Source of the DNA: Candidatus Kerfeldbacteria bacterium
GTDB lineage: Bacteria; Patescibacteriota; Patescibacteriia; UBA10025; JAHIVO01
Length of the DNA: 64,000 nt
NCBI GenBank assembly: GCA_047946875.1
Contig: CP181398.1
Span: forward strand, 649,041 to 713,040
Direction of reading: 5' to 3'
Shown here: positions 50,791 to 61,196 of the stretch, one piece after another
Layout of the letters: each line of letters opens with the position of its first letter
Numbering within the stretch: the first letter of the stretch is position 1
The notes under the pieces: generated by a model
Databases searched by the model: none
Told to the model about the DNA's origin: nothing
The model's input: only the letters and a program-made list of their open reading frames with translations
Program-made: the position numbers and the translations under genes

Positions 50791-51168
50791 CTAACTTATG
50801 GTTAGGCTTATGACAGAGTTATTGGAATTGAAGAACCAATTCCTGAAACTGTAGACCCAAGAGTCTAATTTACGCTTAATAAGTTTCAATCTGTCCAACT
50901 GACGAGAAATCCTAAAAGCGGTTCTCATCTTCAATCTGGACGGTCCATAGTCAGGACTGACATAGGGAATATTAAATCCATGAATAGACATTCCATTGAA
51001 ATGTCCACAAGGACAGATATACCCCGGACCGCCACCCAAAACATTGGCTGTTTTTTTGCAGTGGTGACACCTTGTTGCGGTGAAACCGTTGAAATTAGCC
51101 CAATGCTGGCAAGCATCGACAATGTCCCTGATTGTGAAACCCATCTGTTCGGGTGTGGTATGAGGCAT
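50791..51168 (-). CDS. hypothetical Cys/His-rich protein
   Basis: 125 aa; GC-rich; the 3' end overlaps a hairpin terminator (AAGCCTAAC...GTTAGGCTT) so the C-terminus is uncertain. Confidence 0.4.
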   Translation of the reverse strand: MPHTTPEQMGFTIRDIVDACQHWANFNGFTATRCHHCKKTANVLGGGPGYICPCGHFNGMSIHGFNIPYVSPDYGPSRLKMRTAFRISRQLDRLKLIKRKLDSWVYSFRNWFFNSNNSVISLTIS

Positions 51169-51304
51169 AAAAACCCCTTTCTGTATTTACAATCAATACT
51201 TTTTTACCATATTTGAAAGGACAAAACGAACTAGGAATATTATCATGCTTTTATACATTTGTCAAGATTACAAGCTAAATAAATATTCAAAAATTCAATA
51301 AAAA

Positions 51305-51337
51305 AATCGTCCTATTTATTAGAACGATTTTTACTGC
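51305..51337 (-). terminator. rho-independent terminator
   Basis: Hairpin AATCGTTC...GGACGATT followed by T7 on the minus strand. Confidence 0.55.
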
Positions 51338-51721
51338 TTACTCTGTTAATGAACTTTCAATGAAGTTAAGCTCCCCGATTTCACCGAATGCTTTGGCAAG
51401 TACCTCGCGAATTTTGGGATCAATCACCTCCCAACTGGCATTGTCGTTTATAAAAACGGTGTAGTTGGGACTCGCAAACGTAATCATTCCAACGCCATCA
51501 ATCTGCTGCAATTGAGCAACAATATTATGTTTGGGTTCGTCTCCGGGAGTCTCCATACCCAAATCATTTGATAAAGCAGAGCCTATGAAAGAATCCATAG
51601 TGTCCATAAATGCTTCTTCAGCTATTTTATCATCAAGCTGGTACACTCTTTGGTCGGGCATCTTCGGATCTGCATATACTATCAACTTATCCATTAAATC
51701 ATCTCCTATTTCAAAGTACAT
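51338..51721 (-). CDS. hypothetical protein
   Basis: 127-aa ORF. Confidence 0.45.
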   Translation of the reverse strand: MYFEIGDDLMDKLIVYADPKMPDQRVYQLDDKIAEEAFMDTMDSFIGSALSNDLGMETPGDEPKHNIVAQLQQIDGVGMITFASPNYTVFINDNASWEVIDPKIREVLAKAFGEIGELNFIESSLTE

Positions 51722-51847
51722 AACTTTTTATACAGTTTGGGGCTTTTCAATACAAAAGTCAACCCTCTTTAAACTTTTGATTAATCCATCCTTACCAAAT
51801 ACAATTTGTTTAGTTTCCTTGGTGCTTGGCAACTTAATTTAATTTTT

Positions 51848-52282
51848 TTATAACTCTAAAGCCATTTCATTCTCCTTCTTCTTGTAACCGTATTTTTCAT
51901 AAAATTTAATATTATCATCTGAACAATTCAGTACTATACGATAGCAATCTTCTTTTTTCGCCACCTTTTTTGCTTTTTCTATCAAAGCACCACCGATACC
52001 ATTCCCTTCAAAACCTTCTCTTACTACAACATCCTCAATATGACCAAGTTTACCAAATTCATGAATAAATTTTCTTTCAATAAGTAATGTGGTTAAACCG
52101 ATTACTTGTTCATCTTCATTGATTGCTACAAATATTCGATGATTTTTATTCTTCTGAATATGTTTAAAAGCTTTCCTGCCTTTTTTAATATTCTTTTTTA
52201 CAGTCTTTGATAAGTTATTTAAAGTAGTAAAAAATTCTGATGTTATATTTTTTTTTGAAAATTCCTTAATTTTATATTTCAT
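51848..52282 (-). CDS. GNAT-family N-acetyltransferase
   Basis: 144 aa; acetyl-CoA-binding motif GNGIGGALI. Confidence 0.7.
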   Translation of the reverse strand: MKYKIKEFSKKNITSEFFTTLNNLSKTVKKNIKKGRKAFKHIQKNKNHRIFVAINEDEQVIGLTTLLIERKFIHEFGKLGHIEDVVVREGFEGNGIGGALIEKAKKVAKKEDCYRIVLNCSDDNIKFYEKYGYKKKENEMALEL

Positions 52283-52283
52283 A

Positions 52284-53075
52284 CTATTTACTATTAATAA
52301 ATGAAATCATCTTGTCATGTATGGGTTGACTGGCAGCTACAAAAGAATAATCCTGTAAATAATTTTCTCTATCAACTTTGAAATCAAATTTATTACTGAT
52401 AATATCAGTAGCTAACCCACCTGCTTCTTCTACTATCAAGCTGGTCGCTGCTACATCCCATATTTTAGCAGTTCTATAAACACAACCACCAAGCCGTCCA
52501 TCAGCTACATAACACGAGTCTATCACACTATTTGTTGATCTAAAGTTTCGTGCATTTTGTACTATCGAAACTATTGGGTTAACCTCCTCTTTTATTTTTT
52601 CAATATCCTCAGAAAAATCTAAAGAATAAGCTATCAAAAGATTTTGCATTTCTTCGTCCTCAGTCACGCCAATTTCCTGGCCATTTTTTGTCACACCTTC
52701 TCCTAATTCTGCCAAATATATTTCCTTAGTAGCAGGTAGATGAACACCAGCCAAAAGTACCTTACCTTTTTTTACTAAAGCTATCATACTCCCAAACCAA
52801 GGAATTCCAACTGCATAATTCGAAGTGCCATCCAACGGATCAACAATCCATGTATACTCAGATTCATTATCAACAAAACCACTCTCCTCAGCAATGATGT
52901 TGTGTTTCGGATATTTATTTTTAATTAATTCTACGATTACTTGCTCTGATTCAATATCAGCTTTAGTGACAATATTACTCTGATCTCCTTTTACTGAGTA
53001 ATCATCAAATTCGCCAAAATATTTCATCAATACTTCGCCGGATTTAATTAATGATTCATTAATTAATTCTTTCAT
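52284..53075 (-). CDS. inositol monophosphatase family protein
   Basis: 263 aa; WIVDPLDGTSNY. Confidence 0.85.
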   Translation of the reverse strand: MKELINESLIKSGEVLMKYFGEFDDYSVKGDQSNIVTKADIESEQVIVELIKNKYPKHNIIAEESGFVDNESEYTWIVDPLDGTSNYAVGIPWFGSMIALVKKGKVLLAGVHLPATKEIYLAELGEGVTKNGQEIGVTEDEEMQNLLIAYSLDFSEDIEKIKEEVNPIVSIVQNARNFRSTNSVIDSCYVADGRLGGCVYRTAKIWDVAATSLIVEEAGGLATDIISNKFDFKVDRENYLQDYSFVAASQPIHDKMISFINSK

Positions 53076-53125
53076 AACTAAATTTTATACTCAGTAGTTA
53101 ATTAAAATTAGGATAATAAATATTT

Positions 53126-54466
53126 TTAACTATCTAACTTGTGTTTTAAATAATTAACCAATTCATCAACAGAAATTCTCTCTTGTTCCATAGTATCTCT
53201 ATCTCTGACTGTTACTTTTTTATCATCATTACTATCGAAATCGTAAGTCACACAATATGGCGTACCTATTTCATCCTGTCTTCGATATCTCCTACCTATA
53301 GAGGATGCATCGTCATATGCCACCATCCAATATTTTTGTAATTCTTTGTACAAATCTTTAGCTGATCCACTTACTTCTTCTTTCTTGGACAATGGTAATA
53401 TTGCTACTTTATATGGAGCCAAATCTTTGTGTAATTTTAAAACCATTTCTTTTTCTTTGTTACTCTCTGTAGTAGTAGATCTGCCACCATCTATCTCTTC
53501 ATAGGCATCCAATAAAAATGCTAACATAGCTCGATCTACTCCAGCTGATGGCTCAATCACATATGGAACAAATTCTTCTTTATCAACATCGTCTTTGTAT
53601 GTTATCCCATGTGCCTTCAAGTCATAGTCTGTACGATTGGCAATCCCCATTAATTCTGCAAAGCCTTTGTCAAAAGGAAAATTATATTCTAGATCAATAG
53701 TCTCTTTGGAATAATGTGCCAACTCTTTTCCTTTTTGTTCATACTTACGAATATTTTCTTTTTTTATTCCTAAATCTATAAAAAAATTATAGCTAGCATC
53801 TACAAATTCTTTGAAATATTTTTTATCATCCTTTGGGTTAACAAAAAATTCTAACTCCATCTGTTCAAATTCACGTGAACGAAATATAAAATTACCTGGA
53901 GTAATCTCATTACGAAATGCTTTGCCAATCTGAGCAATACCAAATGGAACTTTTTTTCTCATTGACTGACGAATGTTATCAAACTGCACAAAAATATTCT
54001 GAGCAGTTTCCGGTCGTAGATAAGCAGTACTTGCCGTATCTTCGGTCGGACCGACAAAAGTCTTAAACATGGTATTAAAATCCTTCGGTTTGGTTAAATC
54101 ATCACTTTGACAATACGGACATTTTAAAAAACCTGGTTCATTAGAAAAATCAGCTTCCTTAAAACGTTGATGACATTTCTTGCATTCAACAAGTTTGTCT
54201 GAAAAACCTTGGACATGACCACTATTTTTCCAAACAGTTGAATTTGTAATAATACTGGAATCAAGTCCAACCACGTCATCTCTTTGCTGAACAAATTTCT
54301 TCCACCAGACTTTCTTGATATTATTCTTAAGTTCTACTCCCAATGGACCATAATCCCAAAATCCCTGCAGGCCACCATAAACTTCTGCAGATTGAAAAAT
54401 AAAACCCCGCCTTTTACAAAGTGAAATCAGTTTTTCCATTTTTGTGTTTTCTTGTTTCTTTTCCAT
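53126..54466 (-). CDS. glyQS: glycine--tRNA ligase (alpha2 dimeric type)
   Basis: CKRRGFIFQSAEVYGGLQGFWDYGPLG; start uncertain, an internal Met at 54466 or 54439 is more likely than the longest ORF. Confidence 0.85.
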   Translation of the reverse strand: MEKKQENTKMEKLISLCKRRGFIFQSAEVYGGLQGFWDYGPLGVELKNNIKKVWWKKFVQQRDDVVGLDSSIITNSTVWKNSGHVQGFSDKLVECKKCHQRFKEADFSNEPGFLKCPYCQSDDLTKPKDFNTMFKTFVGPTEDTASTAYLRPETAQNIFVQFDNIRQSMRKKVPFGIAQIGKAFRNEITPGNFIFRSREFEQMELEFFVNPKDDKKYFKEFVDASYNFFIDLGIKKENIRKYEQKGKELAHYSKETIDLEYNFPFDKGFAELMGIANRTDYDLKAHGITYKDDVDKEEFVPYVIEPSAGVDRAMLAFLLDAYEEIDGGRSTTTESNKEKEMVLKLHKDLAPYKVAILPLSKKEEVSGSAKDLYKELQKYWMVAYDDASSIGRRYRRQDEIGTPYCVTYDFDSNDDKKVTVRDRDTMEQERISVDELVNYLKHKLDS

Positions 54467-54544
54467 AAATATAGATATATTATAACGATTATATTGCATT
54501 TCAGCAAATAAAAAAGTCGAACTAAAAAGTTCGACTTATAAAAA

Positions 54545-55108
54545 TTATGAAACGATATCAGAACTCTGCAGAACTGAACCAACAAACTCATTACTTGAGA
54601 TAGTTGAATATTCACTAAATCTCAAAAAAGAAGGCTGATCACTAGAAAGAAATTTACTGCTTGCATCCTCCATAAATCCAGCAGTTAATTCAAAATGTCC
54701 AACATTTTCTCTGTTATCGATCAATGATTCAGCTAACTCACTCTCAGTATCGAATACAGCTCCAATAATAACACTGGTTAATGGAATAGAATAATCCAAA
54801 TATGGTGCAGTCTCTGCATTTGAAATACATCGGATTATTTCTAAGTCAGCTGGAGTAAAGAGAAATCCCTCTTTGCGAAAACATTCTAAATAGATTGCTA
54901 TTTGAGCACATCTTGGAACTGATAAATCAATATTAAGATGGACCATATTCGTACTGCCGGTAATAATTTGACTATTAAGAAAATCGCATTGCTGTGAATC
55001 ATTACACATCAACAGTATCGGCATAGCTAATGAACTGTCATCAGTATCACAGTAACGAGAAATAAAAATTTGCGGAACTCCAAAATTCATAACTGCATGG
55101 TTCGACAT
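54545..55108 (-). CDS. hypothetical protein
   Basis: 187-aa ORF. Confidence 0.45.
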   Translation of the reverse strand: MSNHAVMNFGVPQIFISRYCDTDDSSLAMPILLMCNDSQQCDFLNSQIITGSTNMVHLNIDLSVPRCAQIAIYLECFRKEGFLFTPADLEIIRCISNAETAPYLDYSIPLTSVIIGAVFDTESELAESLIDNRENVGHFELTAGFMEDASSKFLSSDQPSFLRFSEYSTISSNEFVGSVLQSSDIVS

Positions 55109-55180
55109 ATGTCCTCCTTATTATTTTTTGAATGATCATTTAATTAAACAATCTTCTCATATTGAAATAATTAAGTCAAT

Positions 55181-55211
55181 AAAAAAACTGGCGGTGCAAA
55201 GCAACGCCAGT
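55181..55211 (-). terminator. rho-independent terminator
   Basis: ACTGGCG...CGCCAGT followed by T7 on the minus strand. Confidence 0.6.
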
Positions 55212-55236
55212 TTAAAGAACAAAATTAGATTTTCGA

Positions 55237-55950
55237 TTAGTTAACGGTACAGAGACCACTTGGAGGTTTTTTTACAACTTCCGTGATTTGTGGAATATCC
55301 GATACCACCTTTGGCTCTGGTGCGACATAATCAACACCCATAACCAAGCAAATCATCTCATTGTAATCTACTGGCCGAATCTCGGCCGCAGAAGCTATGT
55401 AATTCCACTGACCTTCAACCAAATGAAATCTACGATTATCTTCCAAGATAATAACCGCATTACTTTGGCGAAGCCATCTAGAATTATTAACTAGCGTAAT
55501 AAGTTTCACGCGTAACGACCAGTCATCAGTAAAGAGACAGACCATATTATATGGAGTGATCGGGTTCGGCAAACGATTAGCAAAAATACTTTGCCTAACC
55601 ATGTTTCTCACTTCATAAGTAACTGTTTTCTGATCCAGTGAATCAGCAGTTAATTTCTCCATACTCACAGAAACCACTTCAAGATAATGAGCACGAAGCG
55701 AATCATGATTCGGTGCGTCCTCCCAGATTGCCATACCGCTTGATGTAGCACCGACAACTACTTTATCAGCCGCACTTGAATTGCTAGCAAATATCATAAC
55801 AATAATTGCTAATACTGCGAATGCAATCATTCTTCCCTTACCATGTCCACCTGCTTCGTGTTTCTCATTGTCCTGATCAATCTGTTTGGACACTTTTTGA
55901 GTTCGGCATCTTTTTTCATCCACCGAACCAGATGTTAAATCGTAAGTCAT
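55237..55950 (-). CDS. membrane-anchored hypothetical protein (GC-rich)
   Basis: 237 aa; TM helix at about residue 40. Confidence 0.5.
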   Translation of the reverse strand: MTYDLTSGSVDEKRCRTQKVSKQIDQDNEKHEAGGHGKGRMIAFAVLAIIVMIFASNSSAADKVVVGATSSGMAIWEDAPNHDSLRAHYLEVVSVSMEKLTADSLDQKTVTYEVRNMVRQSIFANRLPNPITPYNMVCLFTDDWSLRVKLITLVNNSRWLRQSNAVIILEDNRRFHLVEGQWNYIASAAEIRPVDYNEMICLVMGVDYVAPEPKVVSDIPQITEVVKKPPSGLCTVN

Positions 55951-56171
55951 ATTGACTCCTTGTCATGTTTGTACTTTCCTTAAGTACGTTTTTTGAATTT
56001 CATTATCCTATAATAATTATTCCTATTTTGTTATTATTTTAACGTGCAAAATAACTCAATACATTAACATTATATTGATTTTTTGTCAAGAGGTAATAAA
56101 AAAAACACACTCTTTGATTACAAAAGAAACATTGAAATTAGATAATTGCCGTATCTCATACTTGTCAAACT

Positions 56172-56200
56172 TTGACATTGTCCCTATTAAGAAATATAAT
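56172..56200 (+). promoter_or_regulatory. consensus promoter TTGACA-N17-TATAAT producing a leaderless mRNA
   Basis: The -10 hexamer ends 6 nt before the ATG at 56207; there is no ribosome-binding site. Confidence 0.6.
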
Positions 56201-56206
56201 TAGATT

Positions 56207-56581
56207 ATGAATAAATCACAAAAAATATTAATTTTTGCTTTCGCATTATTGCTAGTATTATCACCTATTTTTCTTTATGCTGCGACTTTTGAATTTGATC
56301 CAGATAATCGCATAAAAAATGGACTAGAAGGAGAAATTACCACTGTAAATCCAGAAGATATTACAACAAATACTATGAGCTGGATACTAGGTTTATTAGG
56401 ACTAATATCTGTAATAATTGTACTATATGGTGGATTCAGTTGGATGACTGCAGCTGGTAATGAAGAAAAATTATCAAAAGCAAAAAAATTATTAACCTAC
56501 TCAATCATAGGACTAATAGTTATTCTTTTTGCTTGGGTTATGGTTTCTTTTGTATTTGATACAGCAAACAATAGCTTCTAA
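56207..56581 (+). CDS. VirB2/TrbC-like (T4SS pilin-like) small membrane protein
   Basis: 124 aa; signal peptide plus two TM helices with LYGGFSWMTAAGNEEK between them. Confidence 0.45.
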   Translation: MNKSQKILIFAFALLLVLSPIFLYAATFEFDPDNRIKNGLEGEITTVNPEDITTNTMSWILGLLGLISVIIVLYGGFSWMTAAGNEEKLSKAKKLLTYSIIGLIVILFAWVMVSFVFDTANNSF

Positions 56582-56594
56582 AAAATATATTTCC

Positions 56595-59363
56595 TTATAT
56601 TTCTCTGGCTTGCCTAACACTTATCTTACCGCCGGATTCTAAGACCGCAACATCACGACGGCCTATTTTACCTTGCAATAAATAATTTGCCAATGCATTA
56701 TCGACTGTATCTTGAATAGCTCTACGTAATGGTCTTGCTCCAAATTGAGGATCATATCCCTTTTGTGCTAATTCTTCTTTTGCCTTATCAGTAGCTTCCA
56801 AACGTATACCTTTTCGAGCTAAACGTTTTTCGACTTTTTTTAACATCAAATCTACAATCATTAAAATATGTTGCAAGGTAAGAGGCGTAAAGACTACAAT
56901 ATTATCAAAACGATTTAAAAACTCAGGTCTAAAATATGGCTTAAGAGCTTCATTAATTAATTCTTCTTTAATTTGATCCATTTTAATTTTTTGATTAATT
57001 CTATCTTGAATTAATGAAGTACCGGCATTGGAAGTAGCAATAATAATTGTATTTGTAAAATCAATAGTACGTCCCAAAGTATCTGTCAATCTACCATCAT
57101 CCATTACTTGTAAAAATATATTCAAAATATCAGGATGTGCTTTTTCAATTTCGTCCAATAGCACTAATGAAAAAGGCTTAGCTCTAACTGCTTCAGTCAA
57201 AAATCCACCACGAGCAGAGCCGTCATACCCAGGAGGCGCACCTATCAATCTATTGATAGACGACTTCTCCTGATACTCAGACATATCCAATCTGATCATA
57301 TTGTCTTCCGATCCAAAATATACATCAGCAACTGTCTTGGCGAGTTCTGTCTTACCTACACCGGTTGGTCCAAGGAATAATAGATTAACAATTGGACGTT
57401 TAGCATCACGAAGCTCAGCTCTGGCACGTCTCAATGCAGTTGATACAGCCTTCACTGCCTCTTCTTGATTTACCATTCGTTTATGAATAAGCTCTTCAAG
57501 ATTCAAAAGCTTTTCAGTTTCTTTTTCGTTAATTTTTGTTACGGGGACATTTGTCTTTCCTGATATAACTTCTGCGACATCTTCACCAGTGACAATCGCA
57601 TTTTTTCCTTTTTTCCTTCTAGCATATACTGCTACCTCTCCTAATAAAGTAATAGCTTTTTCTGGAAAATATCGATCCTGAATATAACGACCAGACAATC
57701 TAACAGTCTTTTGAATAGAATCATAAGAAAAGAAAATTTGGTTTTTTGCTTCCAACGTTCCAGCCTTAGCTTCCAGCACTCGAATTGTCCCATTAATATC
57801 TAATTCTTCTATCGGTACTTTTTGGAATACAGAAGTTAGAGCAGTACTACTCTCAATATATCTAGTGTAATCCATCGGTGAAGTAGTCGCGATACTATAA
57901 AATAACCCATGTTGTAAAGCATTCGCCAAAATATCAGAGATGTCCAAATTTTCAGCACCTTGCGTAGAAACTCCTACCATATTCTGAATATTATCAATAA
58001 TTAATACTATATTTCCAGAACGTGTAATTTCATTAATTATTTGCATTAACAAGCCTTCTAATTCACCTTGCCGACCAGCTGCACTAACTAAAGACGGTAC
58101 AGATAGACTAACCATCCTCATATCTTGTAACATTTCTGGTACTTCTTCTGAAGCCATTAGCTCTGCAATACCCTCTATAATACTTGTCTTACCAACACCT
58201 GGATTACCAGAAAGAATAACACTTTTACCACCCTCTAAAATTCGTAGTGTTGTCTCTATCTCTCTATCTCTACCAATACAAGGTGACGTTACTCCTTGTC
58301 TAGCCAAACTGGTAATATCTCTACTAAATCTATCCAACAAAGGAGTTGCTTGAGATGTCATTGATTTATTCATTACCCCTTTTGATTTATAAGATGCTTT
58401 ATTTCTCCAACGACGCAACTTTTCAGCCAAACGTTGATGAATATTTATCCATTCTGCAACATTAATTATTTCATCTAACTCTATTTCTAAATCAAAAAAT
58501 ATTTCACTAGATAATTTATCAACTTTGACTAAAGCTGTAAGTAAATGTGGAATCTGTACACGTGACTGTCTTGATTGATGCGCCTCATTATAAGCGCTTA
58601 TTAATATTTTTCTAAAATCTGACGATAATATAATATCCTTTTTACCAACTCTTTTTGGTATTCTATTCAAACTCCTTGAAATTTTATCAATCATCAATTG
58701 ACCATCAATACCTAGACGACCTAGTATTGTTTGTGTTTCACTATAAGATAATAAAGTTGCTAACAAATGAATAGGATGAGCCTGTTGATGATCAAATTTT
58801 TTAGCTAATTCCCATGACTTATCTATAGCACGTCTTGCTTCCATAATATAAGTCGGCGAAACATCAATAATTTGTTTTTTGTTTAGTGCCATCACTTGAT
58901 CAAATAAGACCTCAGGTAATGTCTCAGTCAATATAGGATCGAATTTTTTAGCTATAACTTTTTTCTCTAAAATTGATTCTCTCTGAATTCGATAATAGGC
59001 ATACAAATCTGTAAGTAATGTTATAGCAAAAATACCCATCAAACCATTTTTTGTTTTAATAAGTTCAATAAATATCTCATCACCTTTGATAAATTCAATA
59101 TAGGTTACAGCTAAAGCAACTATTCCAATTATTCCAAAAAATATTAAAAATCCGTTTATTAAAGCTTTTACTGTTCTTTCAATTTGTTCCTCAAAAATAT
59201 TCAAAGTATCAACTTTGGATCCCCAAAAAATAAAATTACCATCAAGCCAACCATAAACACCTTTCTCACGGCAACATCCACAATTTTTATCAGCTTCAAG
59301 ACCTGTCCCCTGACAAATAGGGCAATCTATAATGACAAAATTTTTACCTGTCTCAGTCGGCAT
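56595..59363 (-). CDS. ClpA-like double-AAA+ unfoldase with N-terminal zinc ribbon and TM anchor
   Basis: 922 aa; CPICQGTG...CGCC; TM segment; two Clp_N repeats; GNPGVGKTS and GPTGVGKTE Walker A motifs; no M-domain. Confidence 0.8.
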   Translation of the reverse strand: MPTETGKNFVIIDCPICQGTGLEADKNCGCCREKGVYGWLDGNFIFWGSKVDTLNIFEEQIERTVKALINGFLIFFGIIGIVALAVTYIEFIKGDEIFIELIKTKNGLMGIFAITLLTDLYAYYRIQRESILEKKVIAKKFDPILTETLPEVLFDQVMALNKKQIIDVSPTYIMEARRAIDKSWELAKKFDHQQAHPIHLLATLLSYSETQTILGRLGIDGQLMIDKISRSLNRIPKRVGKKDIILSSDFRKILISAYNEAHQSRQSRVQIPHLLTALVKVDKLSSEIFFDLEIELDEIINVAEWINIHQRLAEKLRRWRNKASYKSKGVMNKSMTSQATPLLDRFSRDITSLARQGVTSPCIGRDREIETTLRILEGGKSVILSGNPGVGKTSIIEGIAELMASEEVPEMLQDMRMVSLSVPSLVSAAGRQGELEGLLMQIINEITRSGNIVLIIDNIQNMVGVSTQGAENLDISDILANALQHGLFYSIATTSPMDYTRYIESSTALTSVFQKVPIEELDINGTIRVLEAKAGTLEAKNQIFFSYDSIQKTVRLSGRYIQDRYFPEKAITLLGEVAVYARRKKGKNAIVTGEDVAEVISGKTNVPVTKINEKETEKLLNLEELIHKRMVNQEEAVKAVSTALRRARAELRDAKRPIVNLLFLGPTGVGKTELAKTVADVYFGSEDNMIRLDMSEYQEKSSINRLIGAPPGYDGSARGGFLTEAVRAKPFSLVLLDEIEKAHPDILNIFLQVMDDGRLTDTLGRTIDFTNTIIIATSNAGTSLIQDRINQKIKMDQIKEELINEALKPYFRPEFLNRFDNIVVFTPLTLQHILMIVDLMLKKVEKRLARKGIRLEATDKAKEELAQKGYDPQFGARPLRRAIQDTVDNALANYLLQGKIGRRDVAVLESGGKISVRQAREI

Positions 59364-59365
59364 AA

Positions 59366-59833
59366 TTAATTCTCAAAAAATATTAAAGGTATATCTGTAG
59401 TCTGATAAACAATATAATAAATAATTATTAATGGAAGTATTAACCAGCTAATAAACAATAAAAATAATATTATCAACCAAAGTATCGTAGCAATTAGTTT
59501 CCATACTAGAACTATCAACCTCATAAAGAAACTGATAATTCTACCTTCCCGTGTATAGTCCCCATACATTGGCTTAAATATATTTTTTAACCAGATAACC
59601 AAAGCAAGGCGACGATTGATATGAAAGGTCGCACTTTGAATACAATAGTTACCTACTATTTTTAATCCTTTTGTATACCACCAAATCGGAAAATAAATAA
59701 TATCCCAAATAATTTCTATCGCAATATATTTAAGTGTAGCTATGATAATATGATCAGACATAGTAAAATTGTCTCCTTTATATATATATTCTAACACATT
59801 TTTTTGATTTTGTAAAGGAAAAAAGAACCACAA
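59366..59833 (-). CDS. hypothetical membrane protein
   Basis: 155 aa; Trp-rich TM helices. Confidence 0.45.
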   Translation of the reverse strand: MWFFFPLQNQKNVLEYIYKGDNFTMSDHIIIATLKYIAIEIIWDIIYFPIWWYTKGLKIVGNYCIQSATFHINRRLALVIWLKNIFKPMYGDYTREGRIISFFMRLIVLVWKLIATILWLIILFLLFISWLILPLIIIYYIVYQTTDIPLIFFEN

Positions 59834-59870
59834 TCTTGGTTCTTTCTTTATTTTTTTTAAAAAATTATTC

Positions 59871-60344
59871 CTAGTTAAAAAAAAGTGAGAAAACTAATTC
59901 ATCTTTACCTGCATGAAAATGATTCTTTAAGATCGCCTCTTGATGCATACCCTTATTTTCAAAAAAGTTTTTTATCTGAATATTGTCTGTATGTATCATA
60001 GAAAAAACTTTGCGTAATTTTGAATTATGTTTTTTATAAAAATAATCAGCCTCTGCAACCATAACATCAAATAACATTTCTTTTACTTCTTCAGACTCAG
60101 ATATATCTTGTAAAACTGTTATTTTAGTTAATTCAGCCACTCCATGTTTTTCTGTACCTTGTGTTCGCCAACTTATTATACCAACTACCTTATCACCATT
60201 ATGAGCGATACGATAATGTTGATACATACATTCATACTCAAAAACGCTTACCGCTTCTTCTTTTGTAATATAACTGTACTTACTTTTTAGCAGTTCTGAA
60301 ACCGCCTGGCCATCTTTACAGTTGGCCTTACGTATTTTTATCAT
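59871..60344 (-). CDS. GNAT-like acetyltransferase
   Basis: 157 aa; weak GNAT pattern. Confidence 0.4.
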   Translation of the reverse strand: MIKIRKANCKDGQAVSELLKSKYSYITKEEAVSVFEYECMYQHYRIAHNGDKVVGIISWRTQGTEKHGVAELTKITVLQDISESEEVKEMLFDVMVAEADYFYKKHNSKLRKVFSMIHTDNIQIKNFFENKGMHQEAILKNHFHAGKDELVFSLFFN

Positions 60345-60373
60345 GAAACTTATTTTTTTATTTTTATTAAATA

Positions 60374-61135
60374 TTATTCAGTTGTATCTGTCGTAACAGG
60401 AATATCAGTATTAGAATTTAATTCTTCTTCAATAATTTCTTTAAAATCATCCAATGTCTTAGGACTTATCTTCTCCCCATTCAAAAAGAATGATGGAGTT
60501 GAATTTACTTTAGCTCCTATACCACTTGTATAGTCACCATCTACTTTATTTTTAACTGTGCTAGATGTTAAGTCAGTTGTAAATTTCTCTACATCCAATT
60601 CTAATTCTGTAGCATATGTAACAAACATTTCTTCAGGATTTGATTCATTTGACCAACTATTTTGTCCTTCGAATAATTTATCATGCATCTCCCAAAATTT
60701 ACCTTGAACTCCCGCAGCCTCTGATGCCTGAGCTGCTATCTGTGCATTACTATGTATACTTCTGAGTGGAAAATGTCTATATGAAAAATATATATCATCA
60801 CCATATTCATCCATTACTTGATTCATTATATTATAATATGTTGAACAAGCAGGACATTGAAAATCACTATATTCTATCAAAACTATTTGACTCTCTTCAT
60901 TACCCTTAGTTTGGTCTATTTCAGAAATATCATTTACTGTAGTTGTGCTAGTATTATCACCGTCTCCCTGACTTAACCAATATATACCGCCAATAACAAT
61001 TATGATTATTATAGCCCAAGTAGTATATCTAATAATCTTTTTTTTTGAATCATTTTTTTTTCTATTTTCAATCTTCCCTTGTCGTTTTAATTCTCGTCTT
61101 TGTTTTTTTGTTAAAACTTGATCTTGATTATCCAT
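60374..61135 (-). CDS. DsbA-like thiol:disulfide oxidoreductase, membrane-anchored
   Basis: 253 aa; CPAC active site in a thioredoxin fold; N-terminal TM helix. Confidence 0.75.
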   Translation of the reverse strand: MDNQDQVLTKKQRRELKRQGKIENRKKNDSKKKIIRYTTWAIIIIIVIGGIYWLSQGDGDNTSTTTVNDISEIDQTKGNEESQIVLIEYSDFQCPACSTYYNIMNQVMDEYGDDIYFSYRHFPLRSIHSNAQIAAQASEAAGVQGKFWEMHDKLFEGQNSWSNESNPEEMFVTYATELELDVEKFTTDLTSSTVKNKVDGDYTSGIGAKVNSTPSFFLNGEKISPKTLDDFKEIIEEELNSNTDIPVTTDTTE

Positions 61136-61196
61136 ATATAAAAAAATAATTATTAATTAGCCTATATTGTATCAAATGATAAAAAAAGGTCAACTG

